A stretch of 63,818 bases of DNA, the filler included, from Octopus bimaculoides (Eukaryota): NCBI RefSeq assembly GCF_001194135.2. It is 5 parts of 5 records of this genome, joined end to end, with 100 filler letters (N's around TTAATTAATTAA, not from the genome) between each part and the next. Parts side by side here need not be neighbours in the genome. Positions count along the whole stretch, not along the records: positions 1 to 18,646 come from NC_068984.1; 4 more parts are not named here. One strand, given 5' to 3'. Shown piece after piece: positions 1 through 12,643 of the stretch. Position numbers and translations under genes: made by a program. The stretch's first letter is position 1. Each line of letters begins with the position of its first letter. A model generated the notes under the pieces. The model saw only the letters and a program-made list of their open reading frames with translations, ran no database searches and was not told where the DNA came from.

Positions 1-1
1 A

Positions 2-341
2 ACACTTCTTCTTTCAGGGGACTTCAGGCAAACACTGCCAGTTATTCCCAAGGGAAATAGAGCTGATACAGTACGTGCGTGTCTTAAGTCATCTGCATTG
101 CTAAGACATCGTTACAATTGTGAGAACAATAAAACAGCTTTTTCAGGGCCACCTCACATTCTATTGTTACCCACTTCTCAGAGTGCTGCAATGCTCTAGG
201 CAAGGCTTTCTGTCCAGTTGCAAATTGATTGGTTGGTTTTCAACTTATAGCAATCTTTCCCTCAATAATCATAATTGAGTAGAATCATCAACAGTACTTT
301 AAAACAATTAAGCCCCGAGCAACGCCGGGCACTTCTGCTAG
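2..341 (+). mobile_element. Helitron 3' end with Pif1-helicase fragment (internally deleted relic)
   Basis: Frame from nt 2 reads TLLLSGDFRQTLPVIPKGNRADTVRACLKSSAL, the GDFRQ-LPV motif of Helitron Pif1 helicases. GC hairpin gccccgagcaacgccgggc at 312-330 is followed by CTAG (338-341) and T, the canonical Helitron 3' terminus. Confidence 0.85.
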
Positions 342-356
342 TTAGTTATAAATTCA

Positions 357-460
357 TCGCAGGATAATGCTAATAATATAGCCTGAACAGGATAAACTAC
401 CCCTATTTTGCGGAAAAAAGTGTAGGCGGTTCAGGCTATATTATTAGCATTATCCTGCGA
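357..460. repeat. Perfect 32-bp inverted repeat with 40-bp spacer
   Basis: tcgcaggataatgctaataatatagcctgaac (357-388) is the exact reverse complement of 429-460. Confidence 0.95.
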
Positions 461-617
461 TTGAGAATTTAAAATCACTTCTTTAACTTTCTAAGACATC
501 TCAACGCTTCTAAAAGCAAACTTCGTTTGTTTGTTTACGTTTATCGTAATTTGAATTTAACATATAAATTCATATACTTAAAGTGTAAATAACATGTTAT
601 TTCAATTCCAGGCCGAG

Positions 618-1030
618 ATGGGTAAACAAGGAGATCTTAGTCCCCATAAAATTGGACAAATAGAAGTGTATTTGCGGGATACCCCATTTAAACAGAGATA
701 TATTGCAAAGAAACTAAATGTTTCAACTCAGACAATTAAGAAAAAAATGGAAAAGAATGAGGATTTGATGGCAAAAAGGGTTGCTAACTGTGATAGGAAA
801 TGAGTAACAACCCCTAGGATTGATAGAAAAATAAAAAGAATTTCTCTCAACAATAGAAGAACATCTTGTAGTTAGATTTCCCGCAAATTAATGGAAGAGA
901 ACATTACTGTGCATCGAAGAACAATTAACAACAGACTTTTCGAAGGTGGATTACATGCATATTGTCCAAGGAAAAAACCATGCATGGGCTAAAAAATCAT
1001 ATTGCATGGATTTCTGGGCAATGGGAGCAG
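618..1030 (+). pseudogene. Tc1-like transposase N-terminal (HTH) relic
   Basis: MGKQGDLSPHKIGQI...KKLNVSTQTI...RK*VTTPRIDRKIKRISLNNRRTS...LFEGGLHAYCPRKKP matches the Tc1 paired-like HTH and R-P-KKP region. In-frame stops; no catalytic domain seen. Confidence 0.75.
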
Positions 1031-1233
1031 GTAAGACTATCTAAAGTAGTGGATTAGAGTCTTTATGTATTGTAGCCATGATAAAATATAATATTATTGA
1101 TAAAATAAGATGTTACTATTGATTTCACTCATCAAACCAACTTTATAAAGGTTTATCTAAAAATAGCTATTAATTGCTGATTGTCATAGGCTGAAACAGT
1201 AACTTATTCTAGATGTCGTATTGTTTCTGGTTG

Positions 1234-1323
1234 AAAGGCAAAGTCGACCTCGGCAGAATTTGAAATCAGAACGTAATGACGGACGAAAGGCTGCTAAGGA
1301 TTGTCAGGCACGTTAACAATTCT
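1234..1323 (-). mobile_element. tRNA-derived SINE fragment (family B, Deu/Nin-like domain)
   Basis: gaaaggcaaagtcgacctcggcagaatttgaaatcagaacg; homologous to copies at 5165, 38184 and 55910 in this window. Confidence 0.75.
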
Positions 1324-1489
1324 GCCAGCTCACTTGCATTACGGATACTTGTATAGGAAAGTTGGTTATACATCATTAGATGTATACCTGACTTTCCTAT
1401 ATAAAATTAGAAATATAACGGAACGCTGAACTCCAGACTATCAACTTAAACAACATTTATTCAGGTGGTAAATATATACATCTTTAGCT

Positions 1490-2020
1490 CTTGTTTGTTG
1501 TTACAGCTTCTGTGTGTGTGAGCATAGTTGTTGGGATGTTGTTATGTAGATGTAAGCGAGCTGTCGAGTGTAAGTCCGAAAGATGGAGAGTGACAGCTAA
1601 ACACGTCCATGCTCTATTGCTGGCCAGCAAGAAAGAGCCTGTCTCCAGAGTTGGAATGTTGGAGACACTGCTTGACACGTCCATGCTCATGGCCGGCCGA
1701 CCGAGAAAGAGATAGAATGGAAGCGGGAACGCTTGCTTCTTGAATTCCACGCATGTGTGAGACTACGCATGCGCACGGCGTTACTACACTTGTATAGGGT
1801 CGAGTAGATAAACAACCTCTCGGCCTTCCCACGTTTGACCCAGTGAAACATTGAGGATGTGACTGCTGAAGGGAGAGAGGTCTGTATCAGCATTAGGCTG
1901 GTGTTCACATTCATCTGTGTTGGCTGCAGTATCGTGGAAGATACACATGAACGCCGCCCGGTCAAGGAACTGAACCCGCGATCTTGTAAAGCCAACAAAC
2001 TAACCATTAGGCTGCGCACG
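1490..2020 (-). mobile_element. Unclassified GC-rich element with tRNA-like Pol III A/B boxes (possible long SINE)
   Basis: Minus strand from about 2019 reads GCGCAGCCTAATGGTTAG...GGGTTCAGTTCC (A-box and B-box-like) and ends in an AAC/ACA-rich tail near 1490-1540. Confidence 0.4.
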
Positions 2021-2664
2021 TCTTCATGTGGATTCGGTTCACGGACGGGCAGCGCGCTGAGTCCTTGACCATTGTTTCCCATTACTCCGGTTTACAACTG
2101 AGCTGCAAATGGCTGTCCTCTCAGTACTGGTGCTGTCCTCTCTTCCTCAAGCTATCACGTCCTCGATGTTCCACTGAGTTGGACGATGGGAGGGCCAAGA
2201 AGGTATCTATGTTTGCTCGCGACATGTCATATAAAAACATACGCGTATAATGTTAGTAACGTAAGTGCTTTCAGGGCGAGATAAATGTATTAAAAAAAAA
2301 AAATCCTATTTATTTTTCTTACTTTTGTTGTTGCCAGTATTAGTAGCAAATACGTCAATTATAACCAATTTTTATAACTGATCTAAGTCTGATGAACTGG
2401 ATGGAAGTACATTACAGTAGCGACAGGAAATTGTAGAGATCTCACTTCAATAAGCTCATTGTATCATTTTTTTCCCTTAGTTTTAATGCACTGAATACTG
2501 ATAAACATAAAAGGCTTCTCTCTCTCTCTCTCTCTTCTCTCGTTCTTATTATCCTTCCAGTAAACAGATCATTTAGGTCAGGATATAGTCTACCGGAACT
2601 TTTATTTCTCTAATTTGTAATTTTTACTTTTGCTTTCCACAAAACTTGTTGCAGCAGCCGCTAC

Positions 2665-2697
<33 letters not shown>

Positions 2698-3423
2698 CTG
2701 TAATGTTTCTCAATTCATTTTTCATATTCATTCTGAATCAGAGATGACCTTTAGTTATTATTAGTCAGTCAGAATTAAACTTATTCATCAAGAGATTTCC
2801 TGATGCAAGTCCGAACAGATCAAATCAGTATATTTTGACAAACTATAAGCTATTGTTTGGTGTTGGTGTTGGCGGTTGTATCTTGTTGCTATAGATGTAA
2901 CTAATAACTACATTATCTATTGTTGAAATCATCGCCATCCCGTAATTTTCATAATTTTCAGACGTTGTGTATGGTATCTGGGATTCTGTTATCTTTCTTC
3001 AAGAGAAGAGGCTCTAACTTGAAGGTGATTTGGCCGCTGCCTTAAACAGGCCAAGGGGCTACTAGAAGAGCAGGGATGATGACTAACTCGTTTGTGGCTG
3101 GAATGAGGCATGAACTAGATCTCGCGGGCCGGATAGGGGCAATTATTTCTAAAACCCTATTCATAATATAGGCCAAAATAAATGGATAAGGGACGGGAAA
3201 GGGCATTATACGTTATAACAACTTTACTCGTAATTAAGGAGAAAATATAAAATGTTAACAAATTTTGTGTGCTGAAATGTATGTTATCCGAATTTTATAG
3301 CGTTAATTATCCATCATGACTGGTCTTAGCAATCGTTTTCGCGCAAAAGTACAATACAGTGTTAGGTAACAATCCAATTATATAATTACGCTCATCAGAG
3401 GTAGACGATATGGAAGGGAATAT

Positions 3424-3451
<28 letters not shown>

Positions 3452-3454
<3 letters not shown>

Positions 3455-3585
3455 CTCTTTTACTTGTTTCAGTCATTTGACTGTGGCCATGCTGGAGCAC
3501 CGCCTCTAGTCGAGCAAATCGACCCCAGGACTTATTCTTTGGAAGCCTAGTACTTATTCTATCGATCTTTTTTGCCGAACCGCTA
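3452..3585 (-). mobile_element. SINE family A, 3' fragment
   Basis: Near-identical to 7711-7850 (cagtcatttgactgtggccatgctggagcacc...gccgaaccgcta). Confidence 0.9.
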
Positions 3586-3699
3586 TGTTGGTACATGTCA
3601 TGGGTTAAAATATTATTAACATCATGATTAGATGACTGCAGGTAGAGATGATGGATGTGACACAGTATAGACATGAGTCTCTTACCCAGCATCGCCTTA

Positions 3700-4024
3700 C
3701 TGGCACTTGTGCCGGATGGCACGTGTAAAGACATTCGAGCGAGATTGTTGCCTGTGCCTCCGAACTGGCTCCTGTGCAGGTGGCATGTAAAATACACCAT
3801 TTTGAGCGTGGCCGTTGCCAGTACCGCCTGACTGGCCTTCGTGCTGGTGGCACGTAAAAGCACCCACTACACTCTCGGAGTGGTTGGCGTTTAGGAAGGG
3901 CATCCAGCTGTAGAAACTCTGCCAAATCAGATTGGAGCCTGGTGTGGCCATCTAGTTTCACCAGTCCTCAGTCAAATCGTCCAACTCATGCTAGCATGGA
4001 AAGCGGACGTTAAACAACGATGAA
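3700..4024 (+). mobile_element. Retroposon 3' end with (GAT)n-type tail, probably RTE-related (family C)
   Basis: ...gcacccactacactctcggagtggttggcg...catgctagcatggaaagcggacgttaaac-gatga; reverse-complement copies at 13653-13831 and 16050-16470. The RTE link is inferred. Confidence 0.75.
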
Positions 4025-5164
4025 GATACATTCTATATCAACCAAACTTAACCACAATGAATTTAACAATAATCTGGTCAGGTAACTTGCCTGGATCAAC
4101 GTAACTCTTTAATGTCTAAGATGTCTGATTTGAACAATATGACATGATCTCCTGACCTGTGTTTTAGTCATATTGGTCTTTTGCTTGCTGAAATATTTCA
4201 ACTGTGCATGCCATGGCTATGGATAATGGCAGTAGTTTGCTAATTGAACTGGTTGATCCTAGCCATTGGCAGTTTGTTGTCTGTCTGTTCATCTGCTCAT
4301 CATCCAGTGGTATTTGCCATAGACTCAATAAGTTCCTCTGCTGAAATAGTTCACATCCACCATTTCAATGTACCCTAGTTTTTGTGGTTACAGTCTTTTT
4401 AACCCCTATCTGGGACCCTGAAAGATGCTACTAGTCTGAGTTAGAGTAGGTCTGGGAACAATAGTGGTTAAGAGATGGTTCCATAATACTCACTCCTGGA
4501 GCTCCTAAGTCAGGGCCTCACAACTAGATGTAGTTTAAAGTCATATCTAGGACTACAGTAATACTGGTTATGTAATAATAATATTGGTAGCAATACAATT
4601 CTAGTTTTTAATTTTATTAACCTATATTAGGAATGAAAACAGTATTTAATATTGTCATCTATATTACAACATAACAGGAATGTAAGGTTGATACAATTAC
4701 TGGTATGGTTCTAGAGCTTGGAAAATAGTGCAGCAGTGAGCGGAATGTAAAAAGCTGTCATAAACATCAAGCTACTTTACCTTGTTAAGTTGCTCTCATG
4801 CAACATAACAAGTTAATAGTTTTAACCTTAGTAACAACAACTTATCTCAGACATTTAACATTGGTGGCTTCTGACTGGAAACAAGGTTAATTTTTTGATG
4901 AGACTATAGTAGATTGAATTGAATGACAGAATATTTCTGGTACTTAGCTTATGCTGGGTTGCGACAACAAGTGTTCCAGTTTAGTCCACTGCAGGACAGA
5001 GGCCTCAGCATGTTCTCTCCTCCAATGGAAGCCATGAATTTGAGCTTTAGATCATACTGGTTTGATGAGCCTACTCTGCCATGCTGGTTTGACATGGCTT
5101 GGCAGAGAGGTGCAGTTTTTATTCTCTTATCCAGGAGTAGTTAAGCCAATTATATTGCCTCCAG

Positions 5165-5310
5165 TATTCAACTGGTACTTATTTTATCGAACTTGAAAGG
5201 ATAAAAAGACAAAGTTGGCCTCAGTGGAATTTGAACTCAGAACGTAAGGACTGACAAAATACTGCTAAGCATTTAACCTGGCATGCTAACAATTCTGCTA
5301 GCTCTCTGCC
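5165..5310 (-). mobile_element. SINE family B, diverged copy
   Basis: actggtacttattttatcga...ggaatttgaactcagaacgtaagg...tgctaacaattctgctagct; homologous to 38184-38428. Confidence 0.8.
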
Positions 5311-7710
5311 ATTTTATTCAGTTAGTCACTTATAATACAGTTTGCTGCAAGCAATTATAAAACTGAATATTAATTACCCTTTGATTTTCCATTGGTACAT
5401 ACTAATAATATAATAGATTATATCAGAGATGAGTTTGTTTAGTACAGAAGTGTGCTACATACTTTATAGAGGAACAGTAGGTGCTGAGGTACTGAACTGA
5501 CAACTACATGGTCATCAGTTCAAATTCAAATTCTAGCCATTCTATACTAGTTTCTCTGAACAAGATATGGTTCTGCTTGCCAAAACTGAAAACAGCTTTC
5601 ACTATTGTTTTTGCAGTTGGATCATTAGAGATGAGAAGCAAATCTACTTGTAAAAATAATTACTACACACACACACACAATAATTTTTATATAATACTAG
5701 CAGAGATACCTGGCGTTGCTCAGGTTTAAAATGGCATAGTGTGTATATATACTACAGTTATGTTGAAACAGGTGATACAAGAGAGTGCAGCATTGACGAC
5801 AAAACATTTATGGAGTAAATAATGTGTTAATTCGACTAAGTGACATGTCATGTGTCCATTTGGAGTTCCTAACTGGTCATGGAAACTTGGTGGTGGGGTA
5901 TGTGCATGTCTTTGCTGATCTTTAGAAAGTCTCACCTCTCTTCTGTCTTGAGACTCCATTTGATGTGCTGGAGCATGTCTTTGCTAATCTTGGGAAAGTC
6001 TCATCTCCACTCTCTATTAAGACTCTATTAATTTAAGGGTAAATATGTAATTGTAAATACCTTGCAAACTTGCAACTGTTGTGATAATCATGAACTGGTA
6101 ATTGAATGGTAAATATGTATTTTTATATACCTTGGACCCGCCACTTAATTGTTTTTTGTCAAGAGTTTCACCTTCAGCCATTCATTATGTCAGTCAACAC
6201 ACATATATTGACACACCATTCCACTGTCATGGCAGTAAAGACAGAAAGTTGCTGATGTGTAATGTTGTTCACATTAGGATATGAATTATTCATTTATTTA
6301 TAAAAGTAGAGTTAAAAGGGAAAGAATAAAAGTGCAACAATATTATAGGCTTAGAATGAAAAGTGAAAGAATAAAAGTGAAACAATATTATATGACATTA
6401 CAATATAGATCTTATTCATTCACTTTTGACACGTAATATGGAACCAGTGCCAAGGTTATATTGTTTTAATCCAAATGAAAAGAAAGAAAAAAAAAACATG
6501 TTGACCTTGTAAAATTTGATTTGATTTGGTCAAACCATTTGAGAATACATAGGAAACAGACAGACAGACAAAGAATTTTATATACATAGACAAGGAAGTC
6601 AATTAGTAGACAGAACTCAAAATAGCTTGAGTGAAAAATCTTGAGCTGCCTTAGGATAGCTTTTTCATGCATGCATGGGTTGGCTGAATCTCTGTTGCAG
6701 CATATTAGCAGTCAACATGGTCTTCTGCCAACCTCTTCTATGAGATCTTAATGTTCTGAGATGTCTCACAACCTCTTCTCATGTCTTCCTTAACCCTGCT
6801 GTGCTATATTCCCACTACCACTGGAATAAGTTGAATGTCATCTCTACTGGATTCCTGGTAAAGTGGTAATGAACACCACATGTAGGAAAATAAGATGCAG
6901 TTGATTCTGTCTTTTAGTTTGCCTGGAATTGTTACTCTTGACCTGTATATGCAACTATTTGTGTTTTTTGCTCAGGACCCAGATGGAGGGTAAAGTTAGA
7001 CATAGGGCCCAGGTTTAAGAGGGTTAACCTTTCTCTCTTACCAGTACACCCTCGCAACAGTGCTTAGCACTATCCCCCCCCCCCACTGCCTGTTCAGCAT
7101 TCATTCACCATTTACATCACATGTCTATATCAGGATAATTATCTCTCCTCCCTCTCCTACACAGCATCAGCTGATGTCTTTAATAATTAGCTGCTCTCTC
7201 AATACATCTAATGACTTACACCCATCACATTTCCCCCAAATCTCTGTTTTTTTTTTTCAGACATAGTATATAAACAGCTACATTGTTCAATGTATCCTTC
7301 CTTTTTTAAGATGATAGAATGTGATTTGAGGGAGATTTAGTTGATATTTCTAGCAGGTTGAGTGAACCATAGAAACTTTCATAATAGAAATAATAGACTC
7401 TTCAACACCATTCTTTATCTGCAATATTGTCACAACACTAAATACATTACTAAGTTAACTGAACCTATCAACTACGTCAGTGGGTTATCAGAGAAGTTCA
7501 TGAACTTCATTTAATAATTACTTGTATTACTAATTATTCTTGTACATATATCATATCTAGTCTTTGTCCTCTATCAGTTCTCCAGATATTCTACCGGACA
7601 TTATCTATGGCCAATGTTTTAACCAAATCCACATTATCACCTTCAAACTTTCCCCCTATTTCCATCTTGAACTTTCAGGCTTTCAAACTCTTGAACAGCA
7701 ATTCTTAGCC

Positions 7711-8113
7711 TTACTCTCTTTTACTTACTTGTTTCAGTCATTTGACTGCGGCCATGCTGGAGCACCACCTTTAGTCGAGCAAATTGACCCCAGGACTTAT
7801 TCTTTGTAAGCCTAGTACTTATTCTATCGATCTCTTTTGCCGAACCGCTAAGTTACGGGGACGTAAACACACCAGCATCGGTTGTCAAGCGATGTTGGGG
7901 GGACAAACACAGACACACAAACGTATACACACTCATACATATATATACATATATACGACAGGCTTCTTTCAGTTTCCGTCTACCAAATCCACTCACAAGG
8001 CTTTGGTCTGCCCGAGGCTATAGTAGAAGACACTTGCCCAAGGTGCCACTCAGTGGGACTGAACCCGGAACCATGTGGCTGATTAGCAAGCTACTTACCA
8101 TACAGCCACTCCT
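7711..8113 (-). mobile_element. Full-length tRNA-derived SINE family A (CORE-like, internal microsatellite)
   Basis: Minus-strand head aggagtggctgta...gggttcagtccc (A/B boxes), then ggcaccttgggcaagtg (CORE-like), an internal (TA/TG)n and a GTAAAAGA-type tail. Several copies in the window. Confidence 0.9.
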
Positions 8114-9204
8114 GTGTTTGTATCTTTGATTTTGTGCTTGTCCCTTCCACTGCTTGAAAAGATGTTTATTTTATATAACTTAGCAATTTGGTAAAAAAAA
8201 AAAAGACCTATAGAATAAGTACCAGACTTAAAAAGAAGTATTGGGTGTTGATTTGTTTGACTAAATCCTTCAGCCCCACCCCCCAGTACTTGCTTTGTAA
8301 GTGTGATGCTTATACACACACCGAACATGTCTACAGTCCAATGACTCAAAATTAAAAAGTGGTGTTGTTTTGCATATCTATTCTAAATATGTCCTGGCAT
8401 TTAAATGCAAAATATGCTTCTTGTAGTTGTGTATGTCATAGGAGAACAACTTCTCCCTAAAAATAAATGAAGAAGAAGGAAAAAATCTAGCAGAATCAAT
8501 AAAAAAAAAGATAAGAAAAAAGTGCACTAATAAAATGAATCATCACAAATCAAAGGCAAAGCTTCCTCCCTAAGCTGCTAATAAATATCTTTTGGAAATA
8601 ATCGCTAAAAACTTGCTAAGAAGTTATTTTGTAGAGAAGCAAATTCAGACATAAAATACACTAAATAATCTAATTTACTTCCTAGCTATGGCAATATCAA
8701 GGAAAAGTAGGTCTAACTACCCCACTGTCAAAAGCAGTCATACCCTCATCTAAGCCCGTTATAATAGTGATTCAAAAAGTATACAATACAAAACCAAAAT
8801 AGAGAAGAAAAAAAAAACCGATCTGATCTATCCATAGATTAGAAACAGAAAGTGTTGTGCTGGAACTGGTGGTAATTAAAAGCAATAAGGAATGATGAAA
8901 ATTAACAAAAAAGCCAATAAATATTGAATAAAGGGAACAGATGCTGGTGGATGACAGAAATATTTTAAAACTGATTTTGGCAAACACATTATGGATAATG
9001 TACTTTGCAAAATGTGAACGAGCGCTTCTTTCATCAGGATTTGATAAAGCAAATATTAAACATGGTGAGTCATTTGAAAAAACAAAAACTAAACAAAACA
9101 TTACAATTGAAGATATATCAACAACAATATATAGCCAATCATATTAGGAGAGTATATGGACCCAACATATGTACACATATATACTTGCATATATATATAT
9201 GCAT

Positions 9205-9269
9205 GCATGTGTATCTATCTATCTGTCTGTCTGTCTATCTATTTATCTATCTATCTATCTATCTATCTA

Positions 9270-9351
<82 letters not shown>
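9205..9351. repeat. Compound microsatellite (CTAT)n(CT)n(AT)n abutting a gap
   Basis: Read directly; N-gap at 9352-9608. Confidence 0.95.
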
Positions 9352-9607
9352 NNNNNNNNNNNNNNNNNNNNNNNNNNNNNNNNNNNNNNNNNNNNNNNNN
9401 NNNNNNNNNNNNNNNNNNNNNNNNNNNNNNNNNNNNNNNNNNNNNNNNNNNNNNNNNNNNNNNNNNNNNNNNNNNNNNNNNNNNNNNNNNNNNNNNNNNN
9501 NNNNNNNNNNNNNNNNNNNNNNNNNNNNNNNNNNNNNNNNNNNNNNNNNNNNNNNNNNNNNNNNNNNNNNNNNNNNNNNNNNNNNNNNNNNNNNNNNNNN
9601 NNNNNNN

Positions 9608-9656
<49 letters not shown>

Positions 9657-9858
9657 CATACATAGAGGGTGTTTGAGCTGAATTTGACATTTTGCATAAA
9701 AGGAAGAGAATACATGATATTCCATCCCAAAATAAAAGTATTTTAAGACATAAAATATCAACTAGATTATGGTTGGGTGACATAGAAAATTGTCTAATTT
9801 AGCCCAAACACTCTGTATATACATTTATATATATATATATATATATATATGTAGACGT

Positions 9859-10250
9859 AGGAGTGGCTGTATGGTAAGTAGCTTGCTTACCAACCACATG
9901 GTTCTGGGTTCAGCCCCATTGCGTAGCACCTTGGGCAAGTGTCTTCTACTATAGCCTTGGGCCAACCAAAGCCTTGTGAGTGGATTTGGTAGATGGAAAC
10001 TGAAAGAAGCCTGTCGTGTATATATATGTGTGTGTGTGTGTGTGTGTCTGTGTTTGTCCCCCCCAACATCGCCTGACAACCGACGTTGGTGTGTTGACGT
10101 CTCCGTAACTTAGCAGTTCGGCAAAAGAGACCGATAGAATAAGTACTAGGCTTACAAAGAATAAGTCCTGGGGTCGATTTGCTTGACTAAAGGCAGTGCT
10201 CCAGCATGGCCACAGTCAAATGACTGAAACAAGTAAAAGAGTAAAAGAGT
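9859..10250 (+). mobile_element. Full-length SINE family A
   Basis: aggagtggctgtatggtaagtagcttgcttacc...aagtaaaagagtaaaagagt. Confidence 0.9.
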
Positions 10251-10770
10251 ATATGATGGACTCTCTCATTGTATTCAATGCATGAGGACCAAGAATTTTC
10301 CTTTCCTTTTTCCTTTTCATGATAATCTTGATAAAAATGAAGTAAGCAAAATCCTCGGACAACCCACACAGTAACTTGTTTAAAGACGTAATGGCTTGTG
10401 TGAGACCGTTCACACTTTTTGGTACTGCTGAGAGCAACAGCTGGTGCAAGTATGCCAAGAGACTGATGAACAGCTGACTTCAATTAGATGACCGTTATCT
10501 CTCATAAATTCCTCCTCCCTCTCTTTCTCTCTCTTTCCCTATATATATATATATATATAGCTGGCTAGATAGTGATACAGATAAACACAGGCTTGACACA
10601 TATATATGTTCATATAGGTATGTATGTGTGTGTGTGTATCATCTGTAAAAACAAATCCTAAAAAAGAAGTACACTCTAAGTTATAGAGCAGTATATATTA
10701 AAGTTAGGTAAGGCTGGTTTATGGGATTACCTTAAGTTTGAAGTCCATAGCTTTATGGTGTATCATCAGA

Positions 10771-10936
10771 TTATGGCATAACACCCTTCACCAGGTTTTT
10801 AAACATGAAAGATGGTTGACAGGAGGCTGTGTTGATATATGTTAGCCTCTCATTTGGCTTGTGGTAGGGCCTGTATGTATCGGAGCCCAAGTTGATTGTG
10901 ATGTCTAAGAAGTCCGCAGTGGTGAAATTGGTCTCA
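10771..10936 (-). pseudogene. Penelope-like RT C-terminal fragment
   Basis: ETNFTTADFLDITINLGSDTYRPYHKPNERLTYINTASCQPSFMFKNL matches the PLE RT FLD...Y-KP...YI..S-HP region. Confidence 0.8.
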
Positions 10937-11290
10937 CCCCCCAATGGCACTAATACCAATAGAGCCAGTTCCGGCAACAACATCAACACCAACAGACATA
11001 CCAATGCCAACACCCAACCATGGAGATACATCGGCCGTTCCAGGAACTCATTCAAACACCTCTCCAACCACAGATCCTCCTTCAGGATACCAGAAAGGAG
11101 ATGCATCACATCATTAGCCAGCCATGTATGGCAGCTGATAGATGACAGGATTCCATACACAGTATCATGCAGAATCCTAGAAAATCCAGGCCCCTACATA
11201 ACTGGGACCAAGCACAGCAAGTTATGCATAGCAGAATGGGCAAGGATCCTAAAAGACTCCCTCAACCCAGGGAACATCATGCACCTTTAC
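10937..11290 (+). pseudogene. Penelope-like GIY-YIG endonuclease fragment
   Basis: RYIGRSRNSFKHLSNHRSSFR...TSLASHVWQL...KLCIAEWARILKDSLN matches the PLE GIY-YIG C-terminus. Confidence 0.8.
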
Positions 11291-11512
11291 ACACACAGAG
11301 ATTCATCTATATATATATATATATATATATATACATGCATACAGGCACACACACACACACCATACTAAAGATGTTGAAAATATAAGAAAAGATGTGTGGA
11401 ACCATAAACACCATAAACAAGGCTTGGCATAACCAACAACAAATTTAACTGCATTATCAAGACAGTTGGTCATTGAGAGGTTCCTGAAATCAATCAAATC
11501 TCCAATATCTGG

Positions 11513-11771
11513 TATCAACTAGATTATGGTTGGGTGACATAGAAAATTGTCTAATTTAGCCCAAACACTCTGTATATACATTTATACATATATATATATA
11601 TATGTAGACGTAGGAGTGGCTGTATGGTAAGTAGCTTGCTTACCAACCACATGGTTCTGGGTTCAGCCCCATTGCGTGGCACCTTGGGCAAGTGTCTTCT
11701 ACTATAGCCTTGGGCCAACCAAAGCCTTGTGAGTGGATTTGGTAGATGGAAACTGAAAGAAGCCTGTTGTG

Positions 11772-11804
<33 letters not shown>

Positions 11805-11837
11805 TTGTCTCCCCCCCCCCCAACATCGCCTGACAAC
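11513..11837 (+). repeat. About 325-bp direct duplicate of 9756-10080 (unique flank plus 5' part of SINE A)
   Basis: Both copies start at tatcaactagattatgg and end at cgcctgacaac. They differ by about two substitutions and by microsatellite/homopolymer lengths. Confidence 0.9.
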
Positions 11838-12643
11838 AATCAGAACACCACCAGAAACTATAAGGTCTTCCTAAACTACCAATCAATTATCAATGATGTG
11901 TAAAGCCATATTTGTTCCCTCCAAAAGCTGATTATTGTTAGGAAAACTAATAATTTGTCACCATAGAGATAGAGAGGAATGTATTGATGATATAAAGAAA
12001 GTTATTGGTAAATCGAGTATTTATTGAAGACAACAGAAAAAGAAACAAAAGTTTAAAGCATGATATGAATTGATTAACGATTAACGATTAACTTTTGGTG
12101 CCCTGACACACTTCGAGATATTGAGGAAACTGCACGCAGACAAAGTCTCAATGTAAAGATATATATCAAACTTGCCATGACAAAATGGAAAATATCAATA
12201 ATACAGCAGACAGACATGAATAAAACACAGAGTTCTGGCATAATTAAATGACTTTTAATGTATTTAATGTAGGGAGCATCAAAAATCTAATTAGAAATAA
12301 TTATGCACTGAGGGAAAGATAGCATTGACTCTATGACTAATATTGACCAATATGTCTTGAATCATTTTGGTGAGATAACTCAGGATATGTTTTGGTTTTA
12401 TGCATACCTTCTCAGTGGAGCATAGATTTAATTGTATCTGTCAAAATAGTAATGAAGGGATCCTTAACCCTTTTGATGCCAGCCTGTCTGAGACTGTTCC
12501 TGATTCTATGGTACAAATTTCCTATATTAAGGTGATCTAAGTTAAAACTTACTATTAAACTTTCATGTTAATTTGTTTCAAATTTCAGCTTGATAATGGC
12601 AAAGCTATTTTATGAAATTCTTCCTTATTTTTTAAATTAATTG

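Noticed and set aside
5701-5897. Apparent exon (AG at 5700, GTATGT at 5898)
   Set aside because: The frame stops at 5816 (TAA) and the alternative frame has TGA at 5794; there is no continuous ORF.
9005-9783. Long ORFs with X runs and YI/SL/HT/VC repeats (also 18103-18630, 35236-36358, 58807-59393)
   Set aside because: Products of microsatellites and N gaps.
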